A stretch of DNA of 64,000 bases, taken from contig NC_043023.1 of assembly GCF_006345805.1 (NCBI RefSeq), forward strand, positions 124,001 to 188,000, read 5' to 3'. Positions within the stretch are counted from its first letter, which is position 1. Every line of letters starts with the position of its first letter. The notes beneath the pieces are model-generated. The model was not told where the DNA came from. It made no database searches and worked only from the letters and a program-made list of their open reading frames with translations. A program made the position numbers and the translations under genes. This document shows positions 59,560 through 64,000 of this stretch, one piece after another. Origin of the DNA: Octopus sinensis (lineage: Eukaryota).

Positions 59560-61560
59560 TAAATGGAAGAACTTTAATGAGGTGATGGTGAGGAAATATG
59601 AGAGGTTGAATGTAGGAGTTATATGGTACAACATCCTATAGATTAACATAAAAATGGGAATAAAATTAGAATTATTTAACCATAATGGTGTTTGATAAAT
59701 TGGTAGTGTTTATATTGCTTTTAGAAGAATTTTTGACCAGAAAACTGTCAGCTGATATATAACTGTTTGGAATTGTGAGTAATGTTATATGATGTGGTTA
59801 ATATGGAAGCAGTTGAATAATTGTGTTATGGTTAGTTGAAGAGAACTGGGAGGGGAAGTGAGTGGCAAGGAATTTAGATAGAATTATTAGCGTGAGTGCT
59901 GGTAGGATTACCAAATTACAATCAGATGGTAGATGTTTGGCAATCTGGTTAAGATAAAGTATGATATGGTTTATAAAAAATATTAAAGGTTGGTTTTTAA
60001 TATCAATCATCACATGAGTAAGGAACATGTGTTGTGGGGAACCTGATTAAATATTAAAAGTATATTTGTCACTAATGTATAAAATATGCTTTCTACTAAC
60101 AGTAAAGTAACATTAACAGATAAGTATTTAGGAAAAGAAGGATGCTAGCTTATAGCAATTATAAAGGTAGCTTTCAAGATATGATTAATCATAGCAGTAA
60201 GCATTCCTTAAGTGGGGGATTATGAATTGAGAGTTTTAGGGCAGGATGGTTGTTTTTGAGGAATATAGTTTTACACTTGTTATCTGTGTGTATTCATTAG
60301 CTGAAAGTGGGTCTGTTTGAGATGTGTGTGAAAGTGCTTTTGCCTCCTGTAACAAATACAAGGGAAAACATTACCTATTTTGGAAACAGGTGGGGGTTGA
60401 ACACAGGAAGGGCATCCAGCCATAGAAAACTCACCACACAAATAGTGCTGCACATATGCATATATATTTAAAAAAGAAACAGTGATGCCCCAGCATGGCC
60501 ATAGCTCTCAAGCTGGAACTAGTTAAAGAGTTAAAGTGAACATATATGCAGATTGATATGAAAGTTACATAAAGATAGAAAATTATAAATGTAACAATCT
60601 AGACATAAAAAGTAGCAAAGAAAACCTATACATACTAACCACAAATTAAGAGAGATTTGGTCATTATTGAAAGTACACTTTATCAGTTAAAATAATTATA
60701 TATCTCTTTTACTCTTTTACTTGTTTCAGTCATTTGACTGCGGCCATGCTGGAGCACCGCCTTTAGTCGAGGAAATCGACCCCCAGGATTTATTCTTTGT
60801 AAGCTTAGTACTTATTCTATCGGTCTCTTTTGCCGAACTGCTAAGTTATGGGGACGTAAACACACCAGCATCGGTTGTCAAGCGATGTTGGGGGGACAAA
60901 CATAGACACACAAACACACACACACACATATATATATTACATATATACAACGGGCTTCTTTCAGTTTCCATCTACCAAATCCAATCACAAGGCTTTGGTA
61001 GGACAGAGGCTATAGTAGAAGATATTTGCCCAAGGTGCCATGCAGTGGGACTGAACCCGGGACCATGTGGTTGGTAAGCAAGCTACTTACTACACAGCCA
61101 CTCCTGCGCCTTAAGTGGGGGATTATGAATTGAGAGTTTTAGGGCAGGATGGTTGTTTTTGAGGAATATAGTTTTATACATGTTATCTGTGTGTATTCAT
61201 TAGCTGAAAGTGGGTCTGTTTGAGATGTGTGTGAAAGTGCTTTTGCCTCCTGTAACAAATACAAGGGAAAACATTACCTCTTTTGGAAACAGGTGGGGAC
61301 TAAATGTAAGGATATATTGTTGGTTTAAATTGTATAAGAAGTTTGAATGCTTTTGTGTGGACATGAGTGGATGCATTCAGAGTTGAGAGTGCTATTTTGG
61401 CAAACAAAAAAAGGTAATTATCTATTTGTTGAGTTTCATATTCATGTTGACAAGTCCATAGTATTTTTCTGTTCTGGTTGTTGAAAGAGTAAGTGTGGTG
61501 AAAATATCTAAATTTCAATGATCTAGCTATGAGATCAATATAAGATAGGCACCTGATAAC
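59560..61560 (-). mobile_element. Possible highly degraded Penelope-like element remnants, interrupted by a SINE
   Basis: Minus frames KFRYFHHTYSFNN (compare FKxRYxNHxxSF) and SKFLATHFP (compare FLxLIDKHFP). Weak similarity by eye. Confidence 0.25.
60706..61110 (-). mobile_element. SINE family A, full length
   Basis: Tail through head on the minus strand. Confidence 0.92.
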
Positions 61561-61839
61561 ATCTACAGTTATTTGGTATACTATTTCTTGAAATTAGCTA
61601 ATGCAGCAATAGTTAATTGGTGTTAGAGTTCAGGGACAGATGACTTACATTTTGAACAGTTAGAATTAGCTAAATTTTGTGTAAAGTGACAATGATTTGT
61701 AAGATGAAGTGATGGAGCTTTTGTAAATAATTTAACTATCAACAAAAATTATAAATAAAGAAACATATATACTCACAAACCCTCACAAACGTATTTGTGT
61801 ACATTTACATATACATTTTACATTTGTTAAATATATAAT

Positions 61840-62225
61840 CTTTTATCTTTTACTTGTTTCAGTCATTTGACCACTTTGAAATTTTAGTTGAATGTATCAA
61901 CCTCAGTTTATATTTTTTCTAAAGTCTGGTAGTTACTCTATCAATCTGTTTTGCTGAACTGCTAAGTTACAGGGACATAAACACACTAGCACCAGTTGTC
62001 AAGTGGTAGTGGTGGGGACAAACACAGACAAAAAAAAACACACACACACATGCGCGCGCGCACACACACATGATGGGTTTCTTTCAGTTTCCATCTTTCA
62101 AATCCATTCAAGGCTTTTGTTGGCCCAAGGCTATAGTAGAAGACACTTGCCCAAGGTGCCACACAGTGGGACTGAACTCTGAACCATGTGGTTGGGAAGC
62201 AAGCTTCTTACCACACAGCCATACA
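61840..62225 (-). mobile_element. SINE family A, full length
   Basis: Tail through head on the minus strand. Confidence 0.88.
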
Positions 62226-62392
62226 TACATATTTATCTTAAGTGCTAATATATTTAATGCATGCATCATTTTTCATAAAGATGGGGAAGAAAATATTTGT
62301 CAGTGACCATTATTTTTGTATTTCAGCAAATATATACAATATTAATTACAAACTAATATTTTCTGCACTAGATCATTATTTCTTGTTATAAA

Positions 62393-62535
62393 CAGACGTG
62401 TCCAAAAGTTTAGAACATAGGTCTCAAAATTAGAATTTTTATATTAAATGTCCAATGTTATATTTCAATCGAATTGCACTTGGTCATAACAATTTTAATT
62501 TTTAAGAAAATGTTCCAAACTTTTGGCCACGACTG
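62393..62535. mobile_element. Tc1-type MITE, 143 bp
   Basis: CAGACGTGTCCAAAAGTTTAGAACA ... TGTTCCAAACTTTTGGCCACGACTG|TA; the right TIR reads CAGTCGTGGCCAAAAGTTTGGAACA. Confidence 0.75.
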
Positions 62536-63633
62536 TATTCATATAATTCATCAAGTGTGAAGGTCTGTAGCTTAGTGGTTAACGTGTTGGGTTCAATTCC
62601 TAGAGAAGATCATGTGTTGTGTCATAGAGTAAGATGCTTCATCCCGTGTTTCTCCAGTATACTTAGCCCAGTCCTAGAATAGCCCTTTCTTCTCTCCAGC
62701 TGTTACATCTATTATATCCCATTGGGTCAAAGGCTGGAGGGCCAAGAAGGTGTCTCTGTCTGCTCACAACTATATAGGTACATAAAACAATTAAGGAAAG
62801 CATGTTGTATTTCAGCAATTATGGGAGATAACTCCAGTGGTGTTTTAGTCTTATTATGATCTCATCAGTAAATTCTCATCTTCACTATAGTTATAGTTGC
62901 CAAAATATTGAGAAAATCATGAAGCAAATATATAAGATTACTAAGAAATTTTAATGGCTAAATCATAGAATGAAGAGCTGCACCTATGATCTTTTAGAGT
63001 GCTTCCAAAGTTTGTGGATGGAAAGGAAGAAGTTATTCTCAGACATGAATTCTTACAGCAGTGTGAACCCTGCTAAAGAACAGGTAATATTCAACCACAA
63101 AATATTAATGCTCTGTCTGCTGGATTTCCACACATTTTCTTTTTTTTTATTGCTATTCAGGAGAAGAGGGCTGTTCCTATGGTCCTTCCTATGGCCTGCA
63201 ATGGTGATGAGAGAAGGAGAGAGAGAAAGATATCCTCAAATCAGAGACCTAGCCTAAATGCTTGCAATGAAGTGGATTCCATTTACTGATGAGGCAATAA
63301 TAAGACTGAAACATCCCTAGTGTTATGTTCTAATGACACTGCCACTTTTGCTAAATTTCACTTAAAGTCCTTGGTTGGGATAAAGCTACCAAAGGAGCCA
63401 CCTATTCAATGTGATGTGTAGTGGGTTTGAACCCATAACAACCTAATTACGAAGTAAATTTATTAACCACGCAGCCATGCATGAATGCACAAACATTATT
63501 TAGCGAATGTTTATGGCCTCATGTATGGTTGTGTGAGTTCATAGCCCAACATGGAACAGCAAACAGGAAGATTACCCTGATGTATCTAGCAACATGTCAG
63601 AATATCTACCCTAGACACCCTGTATACACATAC

Positions 63634-63758
63634 CTGCCAAGGCCAGCTATTGCGCCTGACCTCAAAGCCACCGATAATTCTATAGTTCCTCTGAGATCCA
63701 GATGGTCGGGTACCGCATCTTTCAGGAGATGGAAGATAGTCACTGCAGTTGGACACTG
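63634..63758 (-). CDS. Internal coding exon of a trypsin/chymotrypsin-family (S1) serine protease, zymogen activation site
   Basis: (A)VSNCSDYLPSPERCGTRPSGSQRNYR|IIGGFEVRRNSWPWQ. Polypyrimidine acceptor ttttctatcttttctag and donor CAG|GTATGT; 125 nt, phase 1 to phase 0; the conserved pro-peptide CG and the intron after PWQ are typical of S1 genes. Confidence 0.9.
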
Positions 63759-63884
63759 CTAGAAAAGATAGAAAAGCTATTAATGCGTGTCTGTATGCAC
63801 TGTCATGTATATACATACATACATGCATGCACGCATGCATGCACACTCACACACACACACACACACACACACTGGAATATGTAA

Positions 63885-64000
63885 CACATTGCCTAAATAC
63901 CAATCTTGAGAAATTAGGTTTCTTAAAAGCAGAAAGGAGAAAACTGATTCAAAAACTACAGATCCAAGCCATCACGGGAACTGTAAAAATCTGTAAAACT
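63885..64000 (+). mobile_element. RLE-type LINE C-terminal fragment, runs off the window edge
   Basis: NLEKLGF..ERRKLIQKLQIQAITGTVKICKT resembles the terminal LQxxxxxGTVKIxKT motif. Confidence 0.45.

Overview
AT-rich, repeat-saturated animal genomic DNA. The SINE types, the (TA)n/(TATG)n/(TAT)n/(CAT)n microsatellite load and the LINE mix suggest an octopus/coleoid cephalopod; this is inference from recall, not a database result. Only one host exon is recognisable: a minus-strand trypsin/chymotrypsin-family (S1) serine protease exon at 63634-63758 encoding the activation site (R|IIGG...WPWQ), with clean splice sites. The rest is intron or intergenic DNA with a 100-N gap at 56865-56964. Retroelements: four tRNA-headed SINE families (labelled A-D here), a near-intact CR1-clade LINE ORF2 (14025-17045), many RTE copies, R4/Dong-type RLE fragments, and a probable ORF1-only L1/Tx1 derivative with a 16-bp flanking direct repeat. 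DNA transposons: two mariners, a Tc1 and a Tc1 MITE, a pogo-like MITE, two piggyBac-like MITEs, a Chapaev3-like element, and a hAT with perfect TIRs and an 8-bp TSD. Almost all long ORFs in the supplied track outside these elements are microsatellite artefacts. The most interesting signals are RNA-structure ones inside mobile DNA: a tandem double-hairpin array in the RTE 3'UTR that has also seeded a 27-unit minisatellite, a SINE/LINE shared tail with a covarying stem-loop, degenerate minimal hammerhead-like motifs, and several fold-back palindromes. No prokaryote-type system (CRISPR etc.) is supported. SINE and remnant boundaries are approximate; TIR, TSD, exon and hairpin coordinates were counted by hand.
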